33,653 nucleotides of DNA, taken from positions 1-33,653 of the forward strand of contig CAYSJK010000001.1 in the NCBI GenBank assembly GCA_964431375.1, in the 5' to 3' direction. The notes beneath the pieces were generated by a model that was given only the letters and a program-made list of their open reading frames with translations, did not search any database and was not told the DNA's origin. Of this stretch, positions 1 through 10,701 are shown in pieces. Numbering within the stretch: position 1 is the stretch's first letter; each line of letters begins with the position of its first letter. Source of the stretch: an uncultured Pirellulales bacterium (GTDB taxonomy: Bacteria > Planctomycetota > Phycisphaerae > Sedimentisphaerales > Anaerobacaceae). The position numbers and the translations under genes are program-made.

Positions 1-7
1 AAAGGGA

Positions 8-146
8 TATGAAAATGAACATCGATTTTTGGCCCAAAAATCCCAAAGCCAATTTGCTTAGAAATCAGGTGTGCGCATGTTCTCTCATAATAAAGAGTTA
101 TGAAACTGACCTTGATTTTTGGCTCAAAAATCCCAAAGCCAATTTT
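8..146. repeat. Two ~48-nt direct repeats (8-55 and 99-146, ~90-nt period), each carrying the palindrome GATTTTTGG-n-CCAAAAATC
   Basis: Read directly. From GATTTTTGG onward the copies (24-56 vs 114-146) differ at 1 position. The 5' parts (TATGAAAATGAAC vs TATGAAACTGACC) are more diverged and have a 1-nt indel. ATGAA(C/A) words recur through ~159-228. Confidence 0.65.
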
Positions 147-241
147 ACCGGATGCCTAAAATGAACGTAAGCTATTGTTTTACAATGAGCTATGAACAAA
201 AAACTATGAACGATGGAAATGAAAACAAAGACAATTTATCC

Positions 242-298
242 TGAGCTTGTCGAATGGAACAAACCCAAACAAACCCAATTTGTAGTGAGCTTGTCGAA
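242..298. repeat. 13-nt direct repeat TGAGCTTGTCGAA (242-254, 286-298) flanking CAAACCCAA-a-CAAACCCAA (260-278)
   Basis: Exact matches read from the sequence. Lies just 3' of the epimerase stop codon (308-310, minus strand). Confidence 0.6.
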
Positions 299-307
299 CC
301 TAATTAT

Positions 308-1246
308 TTACAGAAGATTCTCGCGGTACCAATCAATGGCTTTTTGCAGGCCTTGGCGAAAAGTCATTTTGGATTTGAAACCGATTATCTTTTGGGCCAG
401 CGTGATATCGGCCAGAGAGTGTTTTACATCACCCGGGCGGGGAGGGTCATATTTCGGCTTGATATTTTTACCCAGCACCTCGTTGATATCGTCAATAACT
501 TCATTAACGGTTACGGCTTCGCCGCAGGCGATATTTATAACCTCGCCGGCAGTCTGCTTGACCCGGGCAGCAAGTAAATTGGCCTCGACGACATTATCAA
601 CGTAGGTGAAATCCCGGCTCTGCAGGCCGTCACCAAAGATGGTCGGCGGCTGGTCTTTCAATATAGCAGTTACAAAAGCCGGTATGGCTGCGGCGTACTG
701 GCTGGTCGGGTCCTGATTAGGCCCGAATACATTGAAATAACGCAGTGAAATCGTCTCCAGGCCGAAAACCTTATAAAATACAGAGCAATAATACTCCCCG
801 ACGAGTTTACCCACTGCGTAAGGCGAGAGGGGCTGAGGAGGCATTGTCTCGACCTTTGGCAGAGTCGGCGTATCGCCGTAAGCCGATGAGCTTGACGCAT
901 ATACAAAGCGTTTTATACCGGCGTCGCGAGCAGCCAGAAGAAGCGTGAAAGTGGCATCAACGCAGTGCTTGTGAGTGGCTGCTGGGTCGTCAACGCTGCG
1001 AGGCACCGATGGCAAGGCCCCCTGGTGCAAAACAACATCGATATCCTTCATCGCTGAATGGGCAACCTGCTCATCACCCATATCGGCCTGGATAAACTCA
1101 AGTTTGTCAATAACAGCATTGAGGTTGCTTTTTTTGCCTGTGAGCAGGTTGTCAACAACCCGGACGAAGCAACCTTGTGAAATGAGTCTTTTGCAGATAT
1201 TTGAACCGATGAATCCGGCTCCGCCGGTTACCAAAAATCTTTCCAT
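308..1246 (-). CDS. NAD-dependent sugar epimerase/dehydratase (extended SDR, UDP-sugar 4-epimerase-like)
   Basis: 312-aa ORF. Rossmann motif GGAGFIGS at the N-terminus, catalytic YxxxK (YAVGK), and length and layout typical of WbpP/TviC/GalE-like enzymes. Last gene of the polysaccharide cluster. Confidence 0.85.
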   Translation of the reverse strand: MERFLVTGGAGFIGSNICKRLISQGCFVRVVDNLLTGKKSNLNAVIDKLEFIQADMGDEQVAHSAMKDIDVVLHQGALPSVPRSVDDPAATHKHCVDATFTLLLAARDAGIKRFVYASSSSAYGDTPTLPKVETMPPQPLSPYAVGKLVGEYYCSVFYKVFGLETISLRYFNVFGPNQDPTSQYAAAIPAFVTAILKDQPPTIFGDGLQSRDFTYVDNVVEANLLAARVKQTAGEVINIACGEAVTVNEVIDDINEVLGKNIKPKYDPPRPGDVKHSLADITLAQKIIGFKSKMTFRQGLQKAIDWYRENLL

Positions 1247-1284
1247 AGAACCATCTCTTACAAAGAAATTTTATATATAGAAAC

Positions 1285-1318
1285 GACCCCATTTGGCAAC
1301 ATATTGCAAAATGGGGTC
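1285..1318 (-). terminator. Long hairpin between the kinase and epimerase genes (possible terminator/attenuator)
   Basis: GACCCCATTT (1285-1294) pairs perfectly with AAATGGGGTC (1309-1318), and further pairing is possible inside. On the minus strand it is followed by GTTTCTATATATAAAATTTC, a weak U-tract. Confidence 0.4.
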
Positions 1319-1346
1319 AGTTCTTCGTATCCGTTGTTGCATGTTA

Positions 1347-3602
1347 CTAAGCTGTGACGGCAGCAGGTTGTACTTTCTGATATTCTTGGTAAGACCTGAA
1401 TTGCTCATCGAAGTAGCCGCCCTTCATAGCCCTCGCAGCAAGAAGCACGCAGCCAGCAATTCGGGCACCTACTTCTCTTAGTTGAGCAATGGTTCTTTGA
1501 GCAGCGCCTCTTCTTGTAGCAGTGGCGTTGAAGACCAGGACTGTTGTATCAGCAAGTTTTGCCAGCACCTTGCTATCACTTACCAGCAGCACAGGTGGGC
1601 TATCAATTATAATATAATCGTAATTTTTACGTTGTTCAGCAAGTAGTTCTTCCATCTGCGCACTGTCGAGCAAATCAACTGGATTGGAAGGCAACGGCCC
1701 TGAATCAATTATGTCCAATCTATCGATACCGCTGGGCCTTATGGCATCTTGGACTTTACACTGTCTCATTAACGCACTACTTAATCCAAAATCAAAACCC
1801 TCAGCTTCATAGCCAAGGCCCGCCTTTGGGAATAGCGTTTGTAAACTCGGACGTCTGAAGTTGGCATCTATTAGCAGTACCTTTTTGTTCTCGCCAACAA
1901 AGGTTACCGCAAGATTGACAGACACAGTTGTTTTTCCATCCCCTGCTGAACCGCTGCTAACAAGCAATACTTTAGACTCAGCAGGACTGGACAGCTTCAA
2001 ACGAGTCCGAAGCTGCTTATAGGATTCACTTATAAGGGAATAAGGTGCCTTGTGAACGATATGACAGGGATCAATTCCACGAACCTGGTCATCTTCGCTT
2101 GTATCGGGAATCATGCTCAAAAGCGGAATACGCAGATATTTGCCTATATCCCTCGGCGTACGCAGAAGGTCATTGAGCACCTCGATGAGGAAGGAAAATC
2201 CGACGCCAAATAAAAAGCCCAATATTGTCCCAACCGGGAAATGTACCCACCACTTTCGAGAAGACACCATTTCCAACGGTACCGGAGCTAAGCCAACACG
2301 CTGGACCTTAGGTGTCCTTGGATCATCGTGTATTATTTTTAATTTCTCAATCTGCTCCTTGATTGAATCAAGCATCTCGATTCTTTCATCTCTTATTTTC
2401 ATCCGCTGTCCAAATTGCACACGGGCTAAATCAAGGTCTCTTTTTTTCGCAGCTATCTCCGCTCGCATCTTTTCCATTGCTGCCAACCTTTCTTGCATCA
2501 CAATCAAAGTGTCCTGTCCGTTTGCGAGATTCGCCCGCCGCGTCAGTTCTGCTATTTCTTGCTTCCTGAGTCGTCTTTTTTCTCTGATTTCGTCTATTAG
2601 CTCTTGCGTTTGGAGCACAACTCTGTGGTTTTCACCGAACTTTGTAAGTCTGCCGGCTAATTGAGCTTCTGCAAATGCAAGCTCCCGAGTTAGCGAAATC
2701 GTAACAGAGTCATTCTCCACTATACTTTCAATCTGCTCGGTAATAGGTCCTGTCGCTAATTCCTCAAGATTTGCAATACTAGCTTGAATTTGTTTTATTG
2801 TCAGAGCAAGCTCGTTTTCTTTAACGCTTAAATCATCCAGCATTAACTCAATTGTATGCCGGAAATAACGCCCTGCAGGCTGTTCGAGGTCGGTTATGCC
2901 CCATGCCGTACGAACTTCACCGAGTCCCCTTTCAGCTGCATCTAATTCCCTTTGAACCCGAGCTCTTTGGTCGTCCAGCTTTGTCATACTCTCAGCAATT
3001 TCTGCTCTCTTTGTACTTCCCTGCGAAGCAACAAACAAATCGACCATCTCATTAACTATAAGTGCGGCCTCCCCAGGCTTGCGACAGGACATCGATACTT
3101 CAATGTAACCAGCATCTCTATGGGCGAAAGCACCAAGATGGTTGTCCAAATCCTTAATGCGTTTTGCCTCATCAGCTTTTCGCGCGAACCACATGGTTTG
3201 CCTAACCTTATCTCTGCCAAGCAATTGTTGCAGGTTACTTTGCTGTTTTATGAGACTAGCCATTGACAAACGGTGACCGTATTGAAGATCCTTTTGCACC
3301 TGAACTGAAGTAATGGTCATAGGGTCTGTCTCTACAGGCGGCAGGACTTCAATGTAGGTTGATGCAGTATATTGTGGGAAATATTGCTTTAAGAGATACC
3401 AGGTTGAACCGCCAATTATAAATCCTAAGCCGGTCAGGACAACGATGAGTAAAACGTGCCGACGCAATATTCCAAAGACTTCTTTCGGCGTTAAGCCGGC
3501 AGCCACAGGTGGTCTCAGCACGGTTTGTCCTCCGTGGGGAGTCCCTGGGACTGCCATCCTATTTATTGCCACTGGTCTTTCTTCTGCCATTTTAATCTCC
3601 AA
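1347..3602 (-). CDS. Polysaccharide chain-length determinant fused to BY-type tyrosine autokinase (Wzc/GumC/EpsF-EpsG-like)
   Basis: 751 aa. Two TM helices bracket a long coiled-coil region. The C-terminal P-loop domain has Walker A GDGKTT, Walker A' LLIDANFRRP, Walker B DYIIIDSPP and a Tyr-containing tail GGYFDEQFRSYQEYQ. Confidence 0.85.
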   Translation of the reverse strand: MEIKMAEERPVAINRMAVPGTPHGGQTVLRPPVAAGLTPKEVFGILRRHVLLIVVLTGLGFIIGGSTWYLLKQYFPQYTASTYIEVLPPVETDPMTITSVQVQKDLQYGHRLSMASLIKQQSNLQQLLGRDKVRQTMWFARKADEAKRIKDLDNHLGAFAHRDAGYIEVSMSCRKPGEAALIVNEMVDLFVASQGSTKRAEIAESMTKLDDQRARVQRELDAAERGLGEVRTAWGITDLEQPAGRYFRHTIELMLDDLSVKENELALTIKQIQASIANLEELATGPITEQIESIVENDSVTISLTRELAFAEAQLAGRLTKFGENHRVVLQTQELIDEIREKRRLRKQEIAELTRRANLANGQDTLIVMQERLAAMEKMRAEIAAKKRDLDLARVQFGQRMKIRDERIEMLDSIKEQIEKLKIIHDDPRTPKVQRVGLAPVPLEMVSSRKWWVHFPVGTILGFLFGVGFSFLIEVLNDLLRTPRDIGKYLRIPLLSMIPDTSEDDQVRGIDPCHIVHKAPYSLISESYKQLRTRLKLSSPAESKVLLVSSGSAGDGKTTVSVNLAVTFVGENKKVLLIDANFRRPSLQTLFPKAGLGYEAEGFDFGLSSALMRQCKVQDAIRPSGIDRLDIIDSGPLPSNPVDLLDSAQMEELLAEQRKNYDYIIIDSPPVLLVSDSKVLAKLADTTVLVFNATATRRGAAQRTIAQLREVGARIAGCVLLAARAMKGGYFDEQFRSYQEYQKVQPAAVTA

Positions 3603-3681
3603 TCAGAATTTACTGTTTACTAACTAATAGCAAACACTGTATTGCATATATATTTTTTCGCGTGATATATTATGCAACATA

Positions 3682-6600
3682 TCACTGCGAGAGGCGTTCA
3701 ATAGCTTCTTTTATCCTTTCTCTTACTCTTTCCGACAATTTATCAGCTCCTATTTCATAGGCTTGCTTATATGCGCTAAGGGCCTGCTCATTTGCTCCAA
3801 GTTTCTCTTTTATCAAACCTAAATGCTCATATACCTCCGCAGGTGCAAGGATTCCACTCTGCTCATACTGTTGTAAGGCAGAAGCCGTAAACTCGGCAGC
3901 TTGGGAAAATTCACCATTTTTATACAGCACATAAGCATAAGTATCCAAAAAGCTTGGATTATTTGGGCTTGCCTCGACTACCTTTTTAATATACCGAAGA
4001 GCATCAGAGAGCCTTTCGTTGTTTTCAGCAAGCATATACGCTAAATTATTTAGAACATTGATATTATTCGGCATTTTAGCTAATAAACTTTCGTAATCTG
4101 CGATACCCTGTTTAAGATAATTATTATCGGAAGTTTTTTCGAAGGCCAGCGTTAAAACCTCCACTTTTTTCACTGTATAATTGACCCCACGGACAGAATC
4201 TGACCCGGCTATTTCGATGCATCTGTTAATATAATTTACAGCCTCATCGTAGTCGGCCTTAATATTGGTAAGATTAAACATGGTCCAGTTAGCAGAAAGC
4301 GAATCAGGATTAGTTACAAGCTTTTCCGTGCAATACCTTGAAACCTCTTCAGGTCCAAGCAGTAAGAACATTTTCAGCAAAATATCAGAGGCTAACGTGT
4401 CATTTATCTCAGCTTTATCAACAGCTTTTCGGCAATATTCTATGGCGACTTTTTCGTCGCCGAGCTTTAGCTTTGCTTCAGCCATTCTATAAAAAGCTAT
4501 AGGTGCGAGTGGACCATCAATATGTTTGCTGCTTTCTTCAAGAACCTTATCCAGCTTCCTTGGTTGCCAGTTACTTGTGTTTAAGGTCCCTGCATTTAAA
4601 ACAAGCGCCTGCAGATATCCATCAAACGCTGTTACATATTCCATATCTAGTTCTTCACTTTCCATATCCTGTCCGGAATGTTCTTGTTGTTTGCGTAGAT
4701 ATGCCTCTTTGTATAATTGCTCACCTTTGTCGAAATAACTCTCAGCTATAGCAAATGCCCCTGCAAGATTATACCAGGACACATTATCAGGAAACTTCTC
4801 CAGGGTATCATCATATAATTTTACCAGTTCTTCTTTTCTGCCAAGTCTTATATAAAGCCGTTGAAGCAGCTCTCTGGCCTCTATAGTAACGCCAGGTAAG
4901 TCAACAATATTTTTAAGTTCGACTATAGCGTCATCTTCGCGACCAGTCTGCAGATAAGCTCTGGCTAAGCTTAGTCTGATGTCGGGCTCATCAGATAGTA
5001 ATTTACTCTTTTTGAGGTCATTAATTGCCTCGTCGAAATTTGCCACCAGAAGATTGATTTGGCCTCTTAGCTGCCAAGCTATCGCATTGTTCTGGTCGCT
5101 CTGAAGAATTCGATTTATCAACTCCATTGCCTTTTCCAGTTGACCCTGTCTCATTAGCAACCACGCCTCAAGCAGCATCGCTCTGGGTTCGTCTGGATGA
5201 TTTTCTTTGAAACCTTGTAATTTGTATTCAGCTTCCTTTATAAGCCCAACTTTAAGGTAAGTCTGAATTTGAACAAGGTGGTTTTCTACATTGTCTTGTA
5301 GTGATAAAAGTTCCTCAGAATATCTCTTTGCGGCCTCTACATCGCGAGTCCTTTCCGCAATGTATAAAAGGCCCTTAACTACACTTTCGTTTTGTGGATC
5401 ACTTTTGTATAACTGCCCTAAAGCATCCTCAGCCTTTTCAAACTGCCCGCTCTTAATATAATGGTCCCACAGCAATACCTGTTCTTCTGATGCTTGCAAT
5501 ATCTTCTCTGCCTCTGCGTCCATCCCCCTGGCGCGATAGTATTCTGCATAGCTATGGAGCAATTCTACGTCATGTGGATTTATTTCCTTGGCTTGCTCAA
5601 AAGACGCAGCTGCAGCATTAAAGAACGATTCCCTCTGCCTCGCATCCGTTTCTTCAAAGGCCAATTTCGTTAATAGTCGTCCAAGATGTATAGCGTTCCG
5701 AACGCCAGGCTTGATTTTTTGTATATTTTGCCGAATTACTATCGCTCTCAACGGCTCTGTATCGCTTATATAATCAGCGTAAAAGTCAAGCAACTGTAGT
5801 TCGTTTGGATTTAATAGCATTGCTCTGTCCAAAGCAATCCTGGTCTCGGTTATTTGCTCGGGCGATATATTATCGCCAAGCTCTTGATTGTGACGATACA
5901 ATGTAACCGCCAATACTTTTGCTATAGTTCCATCCAGAGGATTCAGAGATACGGCTTTTTGAATATCCTCAATAGATGCGTGCTCATTCCCAAGTTTATC
6001 ATTGACATTGCCCCGTATCATATAAGCACGTGAAAATATGGGCCTTTGCTTTATACATTCATCGAGTTTTGCTAATGCGTCTTTATAATCCTCTTTAGCT
6101 ATAGCAAGACGAGCTTCAAAAAGCTGGCCTTGACATCTATCTAAATTTTCACTTTGAGCTGTTTCTACGATTTGCTCTGCCAGTTCCCAATCTTTCAACC
6201 TAACTGCTATATCTAAAAGATAGTCTGCAGCAATTGAATGCATATTAGTTTCTTCCACTCGCTTAAAAACTGACCTGACAGTAGTGCTCTTCTGTGGATT
6301 TTTTATTTTAAGGGCCTTTTTGAATTCAGTAGCAGCTTTTTCCAGTTCGTTATTGCTTCGATAAAATAGTCCAAGGCTGACAGCCCGGAGAGCAGGGTCA
6401 GAGATATTCATTATAACATGCTCTTGTATTTCTTTACGCCTTTGCTGTGAAACCTCTCCAGGCTTTGGTTCCGAAAGTATTTGCTTGAAGACCTTAATTG
6501 CGATATTATCAGGATGATACTGCAGAAATCGGTCAACTAAAGCCTTAGCCTCGCTTATCTGACCATGCGTTATATAATATTCGCAAAGACCGTTAACTGT

Positions 6601-8664
6601 TGTCAGTTGAACATAATTTGGTTCAATTGGCAGCAATTTTAGCACTAATTCTGCCGTAAGGCGCCTATAGTCATCCAGCTCTTTCTCCATTAACTGCACT
6701 GATGCCTTCGGCTCACCTGTCTCCTCTTTTCCAGGCATGATTTCTCCGCCCAAAATAGTGCTTGCGCTTTCTTCCACTTGCTTTTGGCCTATGGCAATTC
6801 TGAGTTGGTTCATCCTCGCCTCTGCCATCGCCAGATTAAGTTCAATTGTATTCGGGTCATCTGGCCGGAGTTTGGCTAATTCTTCTTCAGCCTCGTCGAA
6901 TTGTCTCGCGCCGATATAAGCCCTGACACGAAGAATTCGGCTTCTCTCATTAGGTCCAAAAACCTCCTCGAAAGTATTTATGTTATATATGGCCGCCGTC
7001 CACGCGTTGAACTTCAAAAGGGTATCAGTGTAATCTAAAGTTGCTTCGGGTTTGAACTGAGAAATATTTTCTTTGAGCGCACTTACCAGAAATTCCATGG
7101 CTGCACCAACTTCAGAGGTGTTCATAAAAATCCTTGAAAGAGTATAGGAAAGTTGTGCATCCGTTCTTGCAGATGCTTTAAGTTGCTCGTAGGCTGCATA
7201 TAGCTTTCTGATGGCGAGGTCTCTATTTCCCTTTGCAAGCTCAAGCATTCCCCGCCATTTAACAACCTGTGGTTCTTCACCACTACCGAGAATCTGTTCA
7301 ATTTCATGCACCGCCTGTTCGGCATCTCTTAAGCAAACTGCGGTCTCCGACTCTGTTCTCACCACATTATCCTCAAGTATCTGACCGATATAGCACTGTG
7401 CAAGAAAGGCATATAATGAAGCTCTATTTATTCTATTTGCCCAGTTACGTGGACCACCTTTCTGCTCTGCGTTTGGCAAAGTAAGCGCGTTCTCTGCTAT
7501 TTCTATCGCTTTATCGATATCTGATTTTTGTCCGTAACAAGAAAACTTGCGATAGTACAAGTTGGCCACATTCATTGCGTAAACCACCTTGTTTTGGTCC
7601 AATTTATGTGCCTCTATAGCTGCCTCAGTAGCTTTATCAAGATACTTGTGGCTTAATTGTAGGACCGAATAGAACCGAGAAAGTGTTGAAAACGCCTCTG
7701 CACTCTGGGGGAATTTGTCCACAAGTGATAAAAATTCAGGCTCGAGCTCTTGAATTTGCTCCCTGCCAATTTTCTGTGCAAGTAAAAGTCTCAATGATAA
7801 GAGATTAATATGTGTTTTCGGGTCATTACCAACCTTCTTAACCGCTTGCTCTAAAAGCGCCTTGGCTTGTTCTATTGCTTTGTCTCTTCCCTCAAGGTCA
7901 GCTCTTGAAGCAAGAATCTCTCCCTTTGCAATAGCTGCCTGCGCCAAATACCAATAGGCATCAACGTTGTCTGGTTCAAATTCCTGGACCTTTTTCAAAT
8001 CTTCTATTGCTTGAGTAAACAATTCATCAGGATCGGTCACCGCCCCCATACGTGCCAATTCAAAACAGGCTCGACCCTTAATTAAATACAAATATGTACC
8101 CAAACGCTGCTCGTCAGCCCATATTTTCGGCATTCCAAATACTTCCCATTTGCTAATATTTTCCATAAATAGGTCTGCATCCTTTGCTACCTCTATGAAT
8201 TCTGATGCTTGGTCACGCACCTCCTGCCAAACTTGATTTATACCGCTATCAGCCATTACATAGAAGTAGTTCAATTGGCCAAATCGTGCTTTCGCATTCT
8301 GTGGGTCTATCCTGATTATCTGGTCCCAGCACCCCAGCACATAACGCCATTGGTCAGCTTCCGTATACATATTCATTTGGATATACGTATCCACAAGTTT
8401 GAAAAGGATATCTATTTTGAGTGAGTCAACATTCGCCCGGGTACGCGCCTTATGATAACTGCGCTCAGCCCTCTGGTACTCTTGTATTTTCATATCTTTG
8501 TCTGTTGCCTTATTAGCTGCTTTAATTGCTGCATCGCCTTCTCTTATGAACTTTTCCGGGTCCCGTGTCTGATACAGAACTGCCAAAATGAGAATCACTA
8601 TCACGATGGCAAGAATCGCCGACCCAATAAGTGCTACTTTTTTATTTAATCTCTTCCTAGCCAT
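3682..8664 (-). CDS. Giant membrane-anchored TPR-repeat protein (PrsT-like partner of exosortase loci)
   Basis: The ORF runs 3682-8706. I prefer the ATG at 8664 (MARKRLNKK...) because GGGGAAGGGA lies ~8 nt upstream. One N-terminal TM helix (ALIGSAILAIVIVILILAVLY) is followed by >1600 aa of degenerate TPR-like helical repeats. Its position between EpsI and the chain-length/kinase gene fits PEP-CTERM-type EPS loci. Confidence 0.8.
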   Translation of the reverse strand: MARKRLNKKVALIGSAILAIVIVILILAVLYQTRDPEKFIREGDAAIKAANKATDKDMKIQEYQRAERSYHKARTRANVDSLKIDILFKLVDTYIQMNMYTEADQWRYVLGCWDQIIRIDPQNAKARFGQLNYFYVMADSGINQVWQEVRDQASEFIEVAKDADLFMENISKWEVFGMPKIWADEQRLGTYLYLIKGRACFELARMGAVTDPDELFTQAIEDLKKVQEFEPDNVDAYWYLAQAAIAKGEILASRADLEGRDKAIEQAKALLEQAVKKVGNDPKTHINLLSLRLLLAQKIGREQIQELEPEFLSLVDKFPQSAEAFSTLSRFYSVLQLSHKYLDKATEAAIEAHKLDQNKVVYAMNVANLYYRKFSCYGQKSDIDKAIEIAENALTLPNAEQKGGPRNWANRINRASLYAFLAQCYIGQILEDNVVRTESETAVCLRDAEQAVHEIEQILGSGEEPQVVKWRGMLELAKGNRDLAIRKLYAAYEQLKASARTDAQLSYTLSRIFMNTSEVGAAMEFLVSALKENISQFKPEATLDYTDTLLKFNAWTAAIYNINTFEEVFGPNERSRILRVRAYIGARQFDEAEEELAKLRPDDPNTIELNLAMAEARMNQLRIAIGQKQVEESASTILGGEIMPGKEETGEPKASVQLMEKELDDYRRLTAELVLKLLPIEPNYVQLTTVNGLCEYYITHGQISEAKALVDRFLQYHPDNIAIKVFKQILSEPKPGEVSQQRRKEIQEHVIMNISDPALRAVSLGLFYRSNNELEKAATEFKKALKIKNPQKSTTVRSVFKRVEETNMHSIAADYLLDIAVRLKDWELAEQIVETAQSENLDRCQGQLFEARLAIAKEDYKDALAKLDECIKQRPIFSRAYMIRGNVNDKLGNEHASIEDIQKAVSLNPLDGTIAKVLAVTLYRHNQELGDNISPEQITETRIALDRAMLLNPNELQLLDFYADYISDTEPLRAIVIRQNIQKIKPGVRNAIHLGRLLTKLAFEETDARQRESFFNAAAASFEQAKEINPHDVELLHSYAEYYRARGMDAEAEKILQASEEQVLLWDHYIKSGQFEKAEDALGQLYKSDPQNESVVKGLLYIAERTRDVEAAKRYSEELLSLQDNVENHLVQIQTYLKVGLIKEAEYKLQGFKENHPDEPRAMLLEAWLLMRQGQLEKAMELINRILQSDQNNAIAWQLRGQINLLVANFDEAINDLKKSKLLSDEPDIRLSLARAYLQTGREDDAIVELKNIVDLPGVTIEARELLQRLYIRLGRKEELVKLYDDTLEKFPDNVSWYNLAGAFAIAESYFDKGEQLYKEAYLRKQQEHSGQDMESEELDMEYVTAFDGYLQALVLNAGTLNTSNWQPRKLDKVLEESSKHIDGPLAPIAFYRMAEAKLKLGDEKVAIEYCRKAVDKAEINDTLASDILLKMFLLLGPEEVSRYCTEKLVTNPDSLSANWTMFNLTNIKADYDEAVNYINRCIEIAGSDSVRGVNYTVKKVEVLTLAFEKTSDNNYLKQGIADYESLLAKMPNNINVLNNLAYMLAENNERLSDALRYIKKVVEASPNNPSFLDTYAYVLYKNGEFSQAAEFTASALQQYEQSGILAPAEVYEHLGLIKEKLGANEQALSAYKQAYEIGADKLSERVRERIKEAIERLSQ

Positions 8665-8920
8665 AAATTTTTCCCTTCCCCGGTCCGCCGGGACAAAAAA
8701 CCGCAATTATAAAGACCTTTTTTCCCCATATTTTTGCTCATGATTTATATATCCGGGCGTTATTTTGTAACGTATTGTAGGACCCAATTTTTCCGACGTT
8801 TTGCCCGGTGAGACCTGACAGAATAAGAAACATCCTAAATGCCCTATATTAGGCTCCCACAGGATAAGGGGGTATTTGGAGGTCATGTTATATGCTCTAA
8901 ATCCGCCAAAATACATCAAT

Positions 8921-9682
8921 TTATTCACCACCATCCTCTTTTTTCCAGTCAGGCCAATGCTCTGTTTCCAAAATGGGCAAAATCACGCCTAAAAGCTTTT
9001 GGCCTGCTGAAATGGCTTCTTCTTTGTCTGGCATAACAATGTTTTGATTAAAAGCCAATTCAACTTTACAGAAATACGAATATTTGCCGAAAAGGTTCTT
9101 ATTTAAAGCCATTCTGGCTTCCTCTCTGCTGCCCACATATACCCCATTAACGTTAAAAAAGTAAAAAACAGGGAATTTCAACTCATTATGCCAGAGACCT
9201 GACTCAGCACTGCCAAAAACAATATATTTGCCCTGTATATTTCTTCTGAAACCAGCATTATTGTCTATTTTACATGTTATATTATCCGATGACAAACTTT
9301 GATAGCCGCCTCCTGTGTAGCATTCTTCCGGTGCATGTACCACCATACCTGGAAACTCATAATAAGTAATAAACAAAAGAAATTTCCGCACAACACTGTC
9401 AACCTTTACATCGGTATCCTCCAAAACCCACTGGATGTAATCCTCTGTACCAAGTTCTTTAATAATCTGTCTGTTTTCGATTCCAATTTTCGATATTACT
9501 TTATAATGACTTAAATCCTTTTCATCCAAAAGGTCTAAAGGTTTTTTCAACGGTAAGGGTTCCTTATCTGGAATGACCACGCCTAATATAGGTTTAATAA
9601 TCTCACCTATGGCAAGTACTGCAATACAAATCAAAAAGGCTGGCTGAAGATAAACTCGCATATTGTATCTTTTACCCCTCAT
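8921..9682 (-). CDS. EpsI-family exosortase-associated protein
   Basis: N-terminal TM helix (AFLICIAVLAIGEII). The HxPExC-type motif VHAPEECYTGGGY is characteristic of EpsI. The start overlaps the exosortase stop (minus strand GTGATG: GTG at 9685 or ATG at 9682 against TGA at 9684-9682), suggesting translational coupling. Confidence 0.7.
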   Translation of the reverse strand: MRGKRYNMRVYLQPAFLICIAVLAIGEIIKPILGVVIPDKEPLPLKKPLDLLDEKDLSHYKVISKIGIENRQIIKELGTEDYIQWVLEDTDVKVDSVVRKFLLFITYYEFPGMVVHAPEECYTGGGYQSLSSDNITCKIDNNAGFRRNIQGKYIVFGSAESGLWHNELKFPVFYFFNVNGVYVGSREEARMALNKNLFGKYSYFCKVELAFNQNIVMPDKEEAISAGQKLLGVILPILETEHWPDWKKEDGGE

Positions 9683-10671
9683 CACTCATTATGCTTACGA
9701 ACCACAATATCATCTGTAACTATACGGCTCTCTTCAACAAATAAAGCCGACATAAACCACGCAAGAAAACCATATAAGCCAAACGCTAACGGCAACATCG
9801 CCAGTCCAAGCAAATCGTGATAAATGCCTTGTGTGTATTTTGGATGTAGCAGTACATAAATGAATCCCGTGGATGTCACTCGTATGATGTTGCATAATAT
9901 CGCTATTGGTATTGTGCTTGCCAACAAGACAATACGCTGCCATATAGGCCTATAGTGCAGATACGCCATAGCTACACCCAAGGCTAAAAATGCCATCAGC
10001 AGTCGCATTCCGCTGCAGGCTTCGGCCACATTAAGTGCGGGCTCCATTTTTTGGCCTTTATAAAAAATGTCTATCACAACACCGCTGACCGTAGCTTCCA
10101 TCTGAGGAACCAGGTTCAACAATGCAGTTGCTACTGTAGCCGCAAGCTTTCGCATCGGCATAGTCAGCGAAACATAAAATCTTTGCGGCAATGGTACAGC
10201 AAATACCAGAAAAGCAATCGGAAGCCACGTATATCGGACCAGATGCCAGCCACCCAGAAATAATACAACTGCTCCAAGTGATGCTATCACAAAAATATAG
10301 CGAAAGTATCCATACCCGGATGGACTAACCATGTTGAAAAAATAAAACAAAATCCCACAAATCAAAAAAAACAAACCCAGATAATTCGGCTTAAACTCGT
10401 TATTCTGAACGGAGTTAAGAAGCTCCTCTTTTCTCTGATTAATGAAGTATAAGCTAAAAAGCGGGATTAGAAAACCATGCGACCAGCTGCTGTCCGTAAG
10501 CCATCTGTGGACATTAGCCTCGACCTCATTGCGGAAAAGATAGTAAAATAGCCCCCCTATTATCAAAATCTTAATGTAATTATGCAGTCCAAGCTCACGC
10601 CACCTTTGCTTTTGCAAAGGCGCACTTATTTTGGTTCCTTCTGGTATGGGTGAAGAAGTATTGTCCACCAT
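9682..10671 (-). CDS. Exosortase (EpsH/Xrt family transpeptidase)
   Basis: 329 aa and polytopic (~8 TM helices). Signature residues are present: Cys in NVAEACSGMR, Arg in CNIIRV, and a later His (IYHDLLG). Directly followed by EpsI. Confidence 0.8.
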   Translation of the reverse strand: MVDNTSSPIPEGTKISAPLQKQRWRELGLHNYIKILIIGGLFYYLFRNEVEANVHRWLTDSSWSHGFLIPLFSLYFINQRKEELLNSVQNNEFKPNYLGLFFLICGILFYFFNMVSPSGYGYFRYIFVIASLGAVVLFLGGWHLVRYTWLPIAFLVFAVPLPQRFYVSLTMPMRKLAATVATALLNLVPQMEATVSGVVIDIFYKGQKMEPALNVAEACSGMRLLMAFLALGVAMAYLHYRPIWQRIVLLASTIPIAILCNIIRVTSTGFIYVLLHPKYTQGIYHDLLGLAMLPLAFGLYGFLAWFMSALFVEESRIVTDDIVVRKHNE

Positions 10672-10701
10672 GCTAAGAACAAAAAGCTAAGAATTATGTG
10701 C

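Noticed and set aside
213-605. Plus-strand ORFs 213-605 and 254-577
   Set aside because: They are antisense shadows of the well-supported epimerase gene and run into the repeat region. They have no RBS or recognisable motifs.
8707-8934. 75-aa minus-strand ORF between EpsI and the TPR gene
   Set aside because: It overlaps the EpsI 3' end, has no RBS and no recognisable features. It also ends exactly where the over-extended TPR ORF begins. Treated as non-coding spacer.
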